From positions 9,176,001 to 9,240,000 of the forward strand of contig OZ059895.1 in the NCBI GenBank assembly GCA_964057225.1: a DNA stretch of 64,000 nucleotides. The letters are read 5' to 3'. Numbering within the stretch: the first letter of the stretch is position 1; every line of letters starts with the position of its first letter. Shown piece by piece: positions 48,159-61,641 of the stretch. Position numbers and translations under genes: made by a program. Below the pieces are notes generated by a model. It saw only the letters and a program-made list of their open reading frames with translations. It was not told the DNA's origin and ran no database searches. The DNA comes from Auanema rhodensis. Taxonomy: Eukaryota; Animalia; Nematoda.

Positions 48159-48451
48159 ACAGTCCGAAAACGTTTTTACTTACAATCTGAATTATTATAT
48201 TTTTATTAACAACATAATGGAATCACTAATACTGATCTGAAGTTTTCATGTTACTCATAATAACCAAAACTAACTTTAATTTTCATTTATAATCTCAAAT
48301 TAATCTCATGTACTATCTCATCGAACATGTTCTGTTTTATTAATGAAACTTAAATTAAATGATATTGTTAGAAAAATATCTGTTTGTGCAGAAAATATTT
48401 TTTGTTCTTTTATATGAAATATTTCTTGTTATTAATCTTAAATATCTTAGT

Positions 48452-49276
48452 ATGTCCAATTCTGTTTCTGAGTTAGATCTGTGTATTAGAAGCATTACTG
48501 ATAGCATATTAAGCATAACAAATTTAAGCTCTAATGATGACTATCGTAGAAGAATATATGAATCTGGAGGTATTTTTTATGCAAAACTTAATATTCAAGG
48601 TATTAAAAATTAGGGGTCACCTGTAACTTAGATTTGTCAAAAAGAATAGAGCAGAGGTTACATGCGTTTTTTTCAAAAAACGAGTCAAAGAAGTGAAATA
48701 CTCATACATAGTTTTATATTTTATATATATATTTATTGAATTTGCAGAAGGATGAAGTCAAGCTTCTGTCGGACAAATTCAATCTGTATCGAAAATTTGG
48801 AAGATATGGCCAACTTCGATTCTTCGGTTTATTCATTCTACTTTATTATTGAAGTATTATTGAAATTCAGAAATGTGATTTTTCGGATTCTTCTATGCAG
48901 TTGCCTTCTACTGAGGAATTATTTTCATCCAGTGATGACTGTTTTTCTGTTGAAGAGAATATACCTGTCCAAGTATGTAATACAATTTTTAAAAAATGTA
49001 AACCAAAGTCTTAGCAACAGCCAACTTCTCCACATTTTTTCTCCACAGCCTCGGATGATAACTTTAGCATGTCAGACCATAATGAAGCGGTTTTCAGCTC
49101 ATATAGCTCTGAATGCTTATCGGATGATTCCAACCAGATTTCACCTAATTTTGAGCAGGTAAGATTAATTTAATTCCTCGAATTAATAAAATATTTAGCA
49201 AGATCTCCAGTATTCAAATAATGAAGATGTTGATTCTATTTTCTCTTTATCTCCAAAAGAATATACAATTTTGTGA
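48452..49276 (+). CDS. Uncharacterised ~190-aa protein with acidic Ser-rich C-terminal half
   Basis: Six short exons with GT-AG sites joining in frame: MSNSVSELDLCIRSITDSIL...SSMQLPSTEELFSSSDDCF...QDLQYSNNEDVDSIFSLSPKEYTIL-stop. No family recognised. Confidence 0.65.
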
Positions 49277-49493
49277 TCAAATTCTAGTGTACCTATTTAT
49301 ACCTATAATGAATGAAAATTTAAAATCTCTAATCTACAATTTCTATTTGTTTTTTTATTTAATCCGAAAATCGGCTTATAATGTTTTATGATTGTCTGTA
49401 ATCAATATTTTTCCTTTTAAAATTTTGTTGATATTTAAGTGAGATTTTCTTAATATATTGACAATTATCTTCTACATTTGCAGATATCATATT

Positions 49494-51085
49494 ATGGGGG
49501 ATACTGGATCACTGGACGAGACGAGTACAGGTTGTGGCAGAGTCTTGGCCATAGCTGGGTGTACCAATGCCGGTAAAACTACCATAGCCAACCTTTTGAC
49601 AAATATGGTAAAATTATAATTGGAAAAATGAAATTAATTTTTGGATTTCATTGTAGTTTACTGAAGAAGGAGCAACTGTGGAGCTTGTTCATCAGGATGA
49701 CTATTTCTTGGATAAAGAAAAAGTATTAGTTACATATGAATATAAATTTTTAAATTTGTTTAGGTTGAAAAGGTTATTCGAAAAGCTGGTGATACCAATT
49801 GTTTCTTTTACAATTATGATTGTGCATCATCCGTAGAACAAGATAAATTTGTTAGCTCCATTAATGAGGTAAATATTAAATTCAAAATGATAATTTTCAC
49901 TTTCTAATGTTAACCAGGCTAGGTTACGTAGTGACTATGTTATCGTAGAAGGAAATATGATTACGGAATTCAAAGACGTTTTAGAACTGTGTGATCGCAT
50001 TGTATTTTTAACTCTTGATCAAGTATATTTTTTAATTATAATTGTTTATTCCTCTTATAATTGTACAGAAGACATGTCGAAGAAGACGGACTATGAGACA
50101 TTACGACCCTCCCGATGATGAAGGATATTTCGATGAAGTAGTTTGGCCTTCATATCAGAGACATCTGCAAAAAGCCTTGGCATTAGCAAGAGAGGATCGC
50201 CGATTCAGTTTTCTTGATGTGAGCAGCGATTCTGATCAACCAGACGATGAAATTATGATGTCGGTAAGATATTTTAGGCTATATATCAGACAATTAAAAA
50301 AACATCATCTATGTAAACTCTTACAGCTTATCCATTCTTTCTCTGATGACGTTATACGTATTTGTTTTGAACCTATCGATGTTAACGAAGCTGTTAAACT
50401 AATCAATAGCCCATCTTGTGGAGCCACATCCGTATTTGTTGGTACCACAAGAGATACATTCAATGGAAGAATTGTTGTTCGTTTAGATTATGAAAGTTAC
50501 GATGAAATGGCTTATAAGGTAGGAAGAGAATGTTTATAAAGCTTATAGTTTTTTTACAAATTTTTTTATAGGAATTGCGGAAACTGTGCACTGCTGTTCG
50601 ACAAAAATATCCGTCTGTCGAAAGAGTAGTTATCTTTCACAGGTATTCAAGGATTTAACGCATGTTTGTATTTTGAAATATACTTTAGAATAGGTGAAGT
50701 AGCAGTTGGCGAGACTTCTTTAGTAATTGCAACTGCTTCACCTCATCGAAAAGATGCAATACATGCAACTGAAATGGCCATTGATGAACTTAAAAGAACT
50801 GTTCCAATTTGGAAAAAAGTACTCATTCTTATTTTACTCAGCTAAACGAGTTATTGTTTAGGAAGTTTATGAAGACGGTGGTTGCTCTTGGAAAGAAAAT
50901 GGGGAATGGTCTGGCGGAGATCGTAGGCAACCTTGTACATCAACAGAGGAAAAAAGTTTTGCTCAAGCCAACAGGTTGGACATTTTGTTTTTAAAACCTA
51001 TATACGATTTATATTCAGAACACGAGATGCTAATAGGAAAGTATTTTGGTTACGACAAATGGTTCGACAAATGAAAACGTCATAA
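49494..51085 (+). CDS. moc-6: Fusion: nicotinamide-riboside/uridine-kinase-like P-loop domain + molybdopterin synthase catalytic subunit (MoaE/MOCS2B)
   Basis: N-half: LAIAGCTNAGKTT, HQDDYF, VIVEG, CRRRRTMRHYDPPDDEGYFDEVVWPSY (NRK-like). C-half: CGATSVFVGTTRD..LDYESYDEMA..HRIGEVAVGETSLVIATASPHRKDA..DELKRTVPIWKKEVY (MoaE). The halves are joined in frame across a short intron. The symbol is from recall. Confidence 0.9.
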
Positions 51086-52453
51086 GCCATATATTCATAT
51101 TGTATGGCTAGATGCGGGAATTATCTGCGCGTGATTTAGTTTGCTCTCTGTAATATTATTGACCAGTATAACTGTTGCTCAGTTTATATTTTGAAAATAT
51201 AAAACTTGTAAATTGCAAACGTTAAGAGCATTCCAATAATTAATAGTTTTAGTTTAGGACTCCGATTATTCGTTGTACTTTGATATATCCATGTTAAACT
51301 TAAACTTACCAGTGTTGATTTGTTTATTTGATTTAATTATTGGAAAAAATCAAATTTTTAAAAAATTGAACTAATATTTTATAACGTTAGACAATGGGTC
51401 ATTGAAAAGAAAATGTGAAATTCCTATGTTTAAACATTATATTGTGTTATTTATATGATGCTACTCTATTTATTTAAAAATATAAAATTTTTTAGTAGCA
51501 ACAATGGATAGTGTACTATGTACTGATTACTAATATTTTGTCTGATGTCATTGTATTCATTCTTATTTATTAAAGGAACGAACTATTATTTTATACAATT
51601 TACTAAAGATGTCTGACCCTAGTACGATATCCAGACGTGTCTGTGTAGGATGCACTGTTTTTCCTATTTTTTCGTTGACAAAAAAGTTGCATTCTAATAA
51701 AAAAATTGTTCATCAAAAGGAAAGACAGCGCATGATCATCGTAATTGTCATTTAAACACAATTTTAGAAAAAGTTTTACATACGGAGTATGTTTAGAACG
51801 ATGAGAAAGTCGAACTTTTTTCGTGAAAGAAGCTATCCGAAACATAGGAATTATTATAATTATATAAATCACATAGTATTATATTTTGTTAAAATAGAAT
51901 TCTATATTAATTATCTTAATATTTATTACACAAATCAAACGCTGATATATGGCAAGGAACCCGCATATTTAGACGTATATTAAATAACATTTTGAAAGAT
52001 TTCTGCATAATAAAATTAACAGCGATTTTCGACATTATAACTCATGGACAATAAAGCTTATGTTTGAGAATTACGAAATTCGGGGAATGAGAAATAATAA
52101 TAGAGCATTAGTACTTGGTACAACTTTAACAAGTTTGCAATCTCTAAATATTAGTAAAATGAAGATTATTGAAATAATGTGTAAGATCCAAGATTTTCAA
52201 CGCCCTCCCTCTAAAGAAAAGATAACTGGTAAAATCATTTCGAATAATTTGAATCAGAATAAGATTTCTGAATTACTTTTGGAAAGGTAGCAAATAAGAT
52301 ATTATAGAGGAGACTCGAATTGGTGAGAAATAATACTGCAGAGTGAATTCCACAGGGCTATTAAGGGTTTCTTCTTTGAAAAATTTTCACCGGCTGTTCT
52401 GAAATAATTTTATATAGGTACAGAGAAAACTTTAAATCTTATATAAAAAAATT

Positions 52454-55400
52454 TTAAATCCCTACTTTCGATGACTTCCAAATATTATGGGAATGAGTTG
52501 ACATAGGGAGATAATGAGTTGATGGAGGATGTGGTGGAGGTGCAGTAGGTGGCTCCAACAATGGACGCGATGCAGGACCAGATAAGGCTGTGCCAGAGCT
52601 TTGTTTGTTAGGGGCAGATCCACATAGTCCACAGAATAGACGATGTTGCCATGATTTTAAGGATTTTCTAGACAAGATCCAAATGAAGCAAGAAACAGAT
52701 CCAAGAAGAGACATCATAATGCCAATAAAATAAATTTCAGGTTGAATCTAAACAATAAAATATAGACAAATTTCATTTGAAATAGCTTACCGCATTATCA
52801 ACAGGCCTGGGGCATTTATTTTGTTCAGTTCCTCCGTATTCTTTACAAGCTAAGGTAGCTGGATACCATTTTTCCATTGTTAAGTAATGATAGCAATCAC
52901 AAACAATCACTACAAACGATGGTAATAAATATAAAAAGAAGAATACGACAATCTTTCTGATGAATTTCTTTAATTTAGACGTATCTGTGCCCTGTAAAAA
53001 GAGTAAATAAAGTACATAACACATTCTTTCTATTCTTACACGTCGACGAAAACTTTCACATTCGCGGAACATACTGCTGAACCCACAAATCATAAATATA
53101 ACTCCCAGAACATTCACAACAACTTTTGGTATAATTGAGAATAAGAGCAGAGATTTTGGGTGTAATGATCCAACACCACATATTCCAGACAGCTCTGATG
53201 CATCGACCTAACATAATGTTTTGAATTTCAAGAAAAGAACTAGGAAATCTAACCCTTCGCAAAACAAGTACAGCGATAGTCATAATAGCTGAAGTCCCCC
53301 AAGCAACAAAATGTAAATAGCTTGCACAAGCATCCACTCCTTCGGGAACCCATTTCCGTCCAGCAGACAGATACCTGAAAAATGAACATTAAACTGTTAG
53401 TCTATAATACAGTTCCCCAGGATCTATTTAATAAATAGCTTTATATAAAAAATAAATTGAAAGATAATAAGAAACTATAAGTAACAATTTTACAAAGAAG
53501 CTTTTTAGTTCATTAGCTTTTCCTTTATTGGTTTGAGAAATAATTAGATAAGCTCAATAGACTTAAAAGATGATAGAACTCTATGCTATTTTCATCTTTT
53601 GTATGCCCCTCTGCTATAAAACTGAATTAAATTAGTAGGTAATACAACTAGCTAATGGATACAGCAATTTGGAAATTGAATTAAGTCAACACTATTTCAG
53701 TATAACTTGGAAAAACTAACCATGTAAAAGCAAACATAAGAAACCATAAAGTGCTTGCGGTTCCAAAATAGTAGGTTAGAATAAAGGACATTAAACAATT
53801 TGTATTTTCCATTCCAGAAAAGACTAAAAATGCCTGTCCATTTAACAATCTGAAGTATGACAAATAATAAAAAAAGCTGACATGAATTAAAACTACCTAT
53901 CACATGCTCTTGATGAATAGGACCAGAAGTAAGGTGAAATGTGGGGAAGAGAATGCATTAGATAGCACAAGGCCATGTAACAAATGCATCTGAAAAAAAA
54001 AAGAAAATCTTTGTGTATGAAGGTATTTGCTGTTAAATACCTTGGTGGATAACGGAATCTTTTTCGATCCAACAGAAATGTAAGAAATGTTAACAGACTG
54101 ATGAAAAAATCAGCAAAACCCCACCAGATTACCCATGATTTTGCAGCTGCCTAAAAAAACAGATGACATACTTGATGAATAAGCAGAACATACCTTTTCT
54201 TCAGAATTGAACATAACATCAGCTCCACATTTGTAAGCACATATTCCTTTCGGGTCATTTGAATCAACGTCCAATAAATCATTGGGACAAGATGATATAA
54301 AATAGGGCCTTCGAAGTCCACCAGTTGCTCCTCCATATGTTGATGCAGTTGTGCCAGTTTTTGATTCGGTTGGTTTCATACAAAGGTCAGGTTCTTCCGG
54401 AAATTTGGCACAATCCAGAATATCGGGCCAGTCGATTCCAAATTCATCCAAAATTGATTGACAGTCGCGTTTGACCTAAGAGAATGATCAGCATATTAAC
54501 CACCATGGTTCTCATCAAATTTACTAAAAAATGTATTTAATTGCCAGTATGGCAGCATGGATTAGGCATGTGCGAAAGAATAATCTGTTTTTTCTAAATC
54601 ATTACGAAGCTATGTAGAAAGCTAATCCCATCGAGACAATTTAATAATTACCAGAAAAATTTTTTTCTCGATGAATAATTTGACTAAGATAAACACCTGT
54701 CATAGTAAGAATGTTAACATCTGCCTGCCACATCAAATTGACGACAGACATAAATGCAAAGGTTATACAAACAATGCTTAGTATACTTCTTTGTTTTTTT
54801 CTTTGGTAAATCATACAGAATATAAATGAATACTCTAAATATCAAGAAAAGTTCACTCTAGCTTAAAAATTGATAATATTGCTCTACAGTTACATAGCTC
54901 GTAGTGAATTATTACACCCCCCCCCCCCCCTTCAAAATTCGGTAATAATCTTTAAATACTCTACAGGATCACTTAAGTTAACCTTTAAATTTGAAAATGC
55001 TTTTCATCGATCGTAACAAAACTGAATGTTAACGATGTCAACAGGTCCAAATTTCAAAAATATTGTAGATGAACTCTCTTTTTCTCTATGTACATATCCT
55101 GCTCTCTTCTTACTTACGCGCACGCACTCTCTGCATTATTGTCATCTCCCAGATGTTAGCAACAAGCAACATATGTAACAGATGTATCTTCTAATGAAAC
55201 GGTCAAAAACAATCAAAACCGAATGTTTTTTAAGTAAGAAACGGCTTACCTCCAAACAAACAGATCGACAGCTCTTTACTGCTTGAGGTAGATCCACAGG
55301 ACACATAGGAGCAAATACAGAACACACAAAGAACAGAATATTTGGGTTGCATTTTGTTTTAATGAGTGGTTTGAAATGTTCTGTTTGTGAATTTAACTGA

Positions 55401-56450
55401 AAAAAATTTTATTATAAACATCTATCTTTCTTATTCTAATTTACATAATATAACAACGTGCTCAATACGTTGATATTGATTTATAATAAATAAAAAGATT
55501 GTTTTACGAGAAAAAAAAATGTTTTATAAACAAGGAAGATTTTTGTTATATAAAAAGATTCAGAAAACAGTATTGGTTGAATGAACAACTTGATTTTTAT
55601 AGAAAAGTCAATGATAACTTTGCATTTGTCCATGTTTTCTATACACAATGTCATATAAATATAATTAAAATGTTTTGTAGAAATAACAACCATATTAAAA
55701 AAGTGATAAAAACTTGAACTTTTTCTGATGTGTATCTACTTATCATGCATCATTAACACCTTTTTATGGTTCTTTTCAATGTGAATGTCATGATATCGAA
55801 ATGCCATCGCTCCCAAACAAGATTTCATTGAACGATACATGAATATTCGGAATTATTCAATTTTTTCATATATCTTTTCACTGTCAGCTTGCTTCCTCAA
55901 CCTTCGCATCCTATTCATTGCCTCATTAACACAAACAGATATGTAAATACTTCCGTCATAAATCTAAAGAACAGATGAACAGGTATATATTTTGTGCAAT
56001 GAGGCTTATAGCTTTGGTTCATATCATGTTTTTATGTTGTCTCTTTCATCCTTTAAAATTCATTATTCGTTTGAGAAAAGGTTCAAAGAGCTCTTGAAAA
56101 CGACAAGTAGTTATCTAAACATTAAGAACCCTTCGTTCTATCATAATTAGTCATAGTGAAGAGAAAAATGAAAGCGTTATATAAGAACAAAATAAATTGA
56201 AAAATGAAAAAATAAATAAAATTGAAACTTACATTTTTGAAATCTTGGTATATTAGTGCGTTTGAATAATAAGTATGGTTATATGGAGCATCTTTACAGA
56301 GTGGAATAGTAATAGGAACACATTTATTTTTTGATGTCTAAAATATAAAATTGAACAGAATTCTAGTTTTATTCTTATATAAACCTGATCGAATATGGAA
56401 GCAGTAGTTCCGATACCAACTAAAGACAATATTGATAATATTATTAGCAT
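52454..56450 (-). CDS. mom-5: Frizzled Wnt receptor
   Basis: Signal peptide, then CRD KCVPITIPLCKDAPYNHT..TEHFKPLIKTKC..FFVCSVFAPMC..CRSVC..FGIDWP; RFRYPPRCI, YLSAGRKWVPEGVD, YLHFVAWG; KSLKSW motif after TM7. The last codons could instead splice to an acceptor near 52400. Confidence 0.93.
54917..54930. repeat. C14/G14 homopolymer in a mom-5 intron
   Basis: Fourteen consecutive C on the plus strand. Confidence 0.95.
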
Positions 56451-59400
56451 AAGAATTCTGAAAATAAGTATAAGTTGGCAATGTTGTTAATACAATTTAG
56501 TCTAATAAACAATAAGATTTACTATATTAAGTTGCAAAATTTTAAACGATTCAATATAAAGAGTAATGATGGCGCCAAAACTCAAGAAAAGTTTGAAAGA
56601 CTGACCTATCGGACACTTTTTAAGGAAGAAACACGAACAGTAACCGTAAATTGATGAAAGCGCAGAGATGTGAAAAATGAGAAGAAAAACCTTCTCTTGT
56701 CTCCCCCCAATGAACCCGAAAATCATAGATTCAATGGAAAAAAAAGAAAAGCGAACCATGACGCAGAGTAAAGCAGAAGAGAAAGGACAAAATGAAAGAG
56801 GGTATCAGTGGGGAAAGGAGGAAGAGAGAGAGAGGGTAAGAGATACACACGGAAAAGGGTGAGAAGAATGAGGAAGATAGATAGCAAGATGGAGAAATGG
56901 TAAAGAAGAATCATGAGCAAGAAAGGAAATGAAACTGAGCTGAAGGATCGTCTAATTTCCAACGACAAAAGAGAACAAGTATTATTATAAATATAGTTTG
57001 TAAATAACATAAATAGTATGAAACAGTTGAATTAGCATCATAAACCGAAATAATTGAATATTTTGTGCTATTCAATGGCCTGGATAAGTATGATTAAGAA
57101 TGCGATATGCTATGAGAGAGGATGGTTGCTGTATGAGAAAAGGTGCGTAGGTAATAAGTTCCTATGTCACTATGTCACCTACATCAATCAATCAGCCAAT
57201 AAAATTGCCATATGAAGAGCAAGAGGAAATTAATAATGAGAAAATATTCATATTGAATTTATTGATTGAACAGTTATGAGCTTATTACTAATAAGGCATT
57301 TCAGAGTTATTTTACTTTGTACAGTTTACAAAACAAAATCAAATATATAATACTACAATATTACTTAATTTCTAAGGAAAAAATATAAGTCAGAACTGTA
57401 ACAGTGTAAAATAGCATGAATTCAGTGTAGATGGCACCCAATAATGGATATGTGAGGAGGGCGGGGTTGAGGAAGACACGCCCCTTTCTTCATTTACCTT
57501 CCATTAAGAAAAATATAAAAGTAAAATTACATTAGATAGAAATGTATATAAAGATAGTTTGTGAAATACTTTAATAAAATTAAAGAAAAACTATATTATA
57601 TTAACTAGAAATTTGGATTGAAGCAGATAAATAGGCAGTATACTACAGTAATTTATAAAAATGGGCAATAGAGAAAGAAGAGAGGAGGAAAAGAGGAATG
57701 CACGATTTCCTCCAAGGCAGAAGCATGATTTACAACAGCCCACATAGGGGCCTTATATGGGATCCAAGCCAATGATCGGCAAACATCAAAGTAGTCTTGT
57801 GAACCACAGAAGTTGCAAAGGACACTTAGGCAAAAGAAATATATAGCAGTTGGCGGCGAGACTCAAGAAGTCGTTTATAGATTATATAACATCTCCTGCA
57901 GCTATTAACAGTATATTTAAAGATCAATAGGTATAATACATATACATGTATCTATATAAATTAGAAATATAATAAAAATCTATGAGAGCAACTTTCAATC
58001 TTTTACGTTAAATGTAGATATATCTATAAATCTAACTACATATATCGATTAACTATAAAGAAAGCTTCAACATAAAGAAAAATAAATCATTAGCTTAGAC
58101 GATTCGAAAAATCGGGTCAAAAGAAAGCCAGAAATCATCCAAACAGCTGTTGTGTCTTTATTGTATAAAACTAAATTGGTTGCATTATCTATATGGTCGA
58201 ATTATGGTTAAAATAAATAAGAAATTTATGTTTAAAAATAAAAAAATATTGATTATATTTCTGGGTTATCAATAACTTGAGAAAAATTATAAAATTAAAT
58301 AACGGATATGATTGATTTTTGTGAGAAAAAAAACGGAATCTATTGAATAACATTGGAAGAAGAAATATCGAAACTATTGAAAATGGTATTTAGTACAAAA
58401 TAGCTGAATTAGATAATAAAGAAGAAAGAAATGGAACTTAGATTAATCAAAATGATAACAATCTTCTCTGAAACTCATGTATTTTTTTTCAAAATAAAAA
58501 GATTTAGAATAAAGAGACTAGATAGATTACAAGACACAATGACTTTGATGTGTGAAATATAAACTTGAATAATAGTGTTATAACAACTAATAGATTATAC
58601 AATAATCCTTCATATTTCATACAAAATTTTACTTAAAATCCATATTTAACTGAATTATGTATATTAGCATGTTTGAATAGATGTTGCTGTTTTATATAAA
58701 ACAGTACCAACTATTGCTTAAGTTTTAAAGTTTGTGAGACAAGCAAATACTTTTTGACAGACTTCATGACAATGACCTTGTATGTTGTAGTTAGATGTTT
58801 CCAAGATATTACAAATGAGATTTTAAGAAAACTAATGAAGTAACTTCAAACTTCAAATGTCAGTTATTGTGAATATTAGAAAACATAAACAAGTAATTAG
58901 ATATAGAAATTACTATTTCAAACTATGTTTAACGTTCAAACGTAAAAAGCAAAATAAGCGGAATAAGAACAATTCATTTAAAGATTGGAGCTATAATTTG
59001 TGCTGTAAAGCAGCAATAAAGCGAGCGCACCCCTCTCCCCCCTCTCAATATTTTTGACTTTCAGCTGAACTTTAAAGTGTTTATATTTAAATTCATAATA
59101 ATACATACTAATGAAACATTAAAACAACTATATACAAAGAAAAGAATTTTAACTGTTTTGTGTTGGTGCAGTAGACGACAACGCTCTGCAGATTTCAAAA
59201 TAGAGATCTATCTCAATATGTTATAGATATATCACTACACTACACATTTTTGTGAGCTATTTTCTCCACTTCTTCCTTCTTTTTCTTTTTACCATCTCTT
59301 GCTCTCTTTGTTTTCTCTCTAATCTATCTATTCTATTTCTCTCTATATTCTCCACATTCATATTCACTCTTTTTAGTTGGTCTATTCTCTTTTTCTTTTT

Positions 59401-59883
59401 TCTTTTAGGAAAATGGAGAGGATATCATAACAATATTTCACTGTCCCTCTAGTATGTCTTGGTCAACTCTCTTCATTTCACATACTCCTTTGCAAAGATG
59501 TCTTTATTACCCTATTTTATTGGTGTCTGCTGGCCATCATCCAACTAATGCCACACATACATACATTCATTCAACCTCAGCTCCCTAAAGAATTTGAAAA
59601 AAAATCAATGGAAACACAATTTTTTGAACAATAATGATCGTTATGTCACATATCGAATTTTACGAAAACTTTTTAAGGAAATATATTTCAAATTAAACCT
59701 AAACAATTTGTAAGCAATTATGTTTCAATGAAATCAATGCTATTCGCTCAATTTTATATAGCATAAAAGATAATACATGCTTGATAAAAGGCATAAAAGA
59801 GGACAATTAATTTTGAAAATTTAGAAACAAATCTCTTTGAGAAAAAAAAAAGAAAAAAATATATTTTTCAGTTGCAGTTAGTA

Positions 59884-61064
59884 TTAGAAAAATATGAAAT
59901 ATATCAAAGCAATTGATAAAATATTTGTGGTGAACGAAGAATTTGGATATGGACAGTCGATTTGATCAACGACAATCTTGCAAATCTTTTGACGTATTAA
60001 AGGCATATTCGCAGTATGAATCTGTAATGAACATGATTTAATCAATTTTCGATTGTCTTTGTTCTCATTAGCATTCGAAAAAATGCTCACCTGAGCACAA
60101 ATTTCATGAGTTCCGACTGTTGACTTCAAATTGAAATCAAGTTCCGTCCATTTGTCCATAATATCGGAAAACAGCTGCTGATGAAATACCTGAAACAGAA
60201 CCATTTTGAATGAACACACATTCTGTAATTATAGAATTACCTTAACTCGATCTTGTAAAATACGATAGGATACGGTAATTTTAGAATTCAAAGGCCAATA
60301 AGAATTTAGCCGAATAAGAGCAGATGCTTTATCACAGCCATTAATTCTAAATATAATTATTTTAAAGCTATACATTCTTATAGACAAATAAAAGAAAGTA
60401 TTATTTAGTTGGAAAATCAATTGAAAAACTAATAATTGAGAACAACTGAGTAATAATCTTCAAATATGTTTACATTTCTTTTCATTTTTTTTCAGTTTAA
60501 AGTAAAGAAGAAGACATTCATTTACTTTGGTTATACATCTTTTTGGGGGAGAAAAAGGAGAATGCAGAATACTAATAGTAAAAGTATTTGATTTAAACTT
60601 AATTATATATTATATTTAAATTAATATAATAAATATTAACTTACTTTGTATCTACAGATAATAGTCTTTCTAACCAATTAGTTTCAGTACCATTACGATT
60701 AAGTTGATCAGTTGGTTGGAAGAGATAAACCGTTGAATGATTTGCCCAAAATTGGCCTTAAATATAATTTTTTATTATTAAAAAATATTAAAATATAATT
60801 TACCATAAGTTCCATTATGAAATGTTTCATATCGTATAGATGAATCCCATTCTAACGAATACCATTCATTAGCTATTAAGCTACAAGATATATAATCCTG
60901 AAAAATAAATAATGTTAAAATTATTTAAATATATTTATTGCCGCATAATTTGTAGGCAGTTCCAATATGGGACATTTTGAATTAGTAGAATTAAAATGTA
61001 ATGTTGCACGTGCAACATTGCTTCCTCGAGATAATATCTAAAATAAAATAATTATTAAAAACAT

Positions 61065-61095
<31 letters not shown>

Positions 61096-61641
61096 AATAA
61101 AATATACTTCTGAAAGATCATATACATGTCTGGATAAACTGAATTGGCATGTTTCATAGGCACCAAAATCTGGCGTCAGCCGATACTCGGATTGATATCC
61201 CTTGAAAATACAAATAAACAGTTTGATTGAGGAATTTTGTTAAAACTTTGAAAGCTATACTACATGTTCTGGAGCTTGCTACTTGTCTCCATCGTAAGCG
61301 TACAACAGATTCATGAGATGTTGTACCGCGCAGTTCATTTATGAGATGTCTACGTTGCTTTGATGATCGCATAGAAGCACAATATTTCACAGGAAAAGGA
61401 AAAAACTACAAATTCATCATTTACTGTAAAGAAAAGTAGAAAAACTGTTGATACCTGCATATGACCATGTGTTTTCTGACGACGTTGTGGAGAACACAGC
61501 TGAATTGAAAAGTCAGTTGGCATTTCCGGAGTAATTCGCAAACTCTCAGCTACACAAGTTAAATACCATAAGATCCATAAGACTACATAGAAAATAATTA
61601 TGAATAAATAATTTAATAATCTTACATTTGAACTGCATCAT
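59884..61641 (-). CDS. Secreted or GPI-anchored cell-surface protein, possibly with divergent Ig/FN3-like domains
   Basis: MMQFKFLWILWYLTCVAES signal peptide; exons ARATLHF..DYISCSLIANEW, ITVSYRIL..KWTELDFNL..HEICAQ; hydrophobic C-terminus NSSFTTNILSIALIYFIFF-stop. Some exon joins and the domain call are uncertain. Confidence 0.6.
61066..61093. repeat. (TA)n microsatellite, intronic
   Basis: About 14 TA units read directly. Confidence 0.9.
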
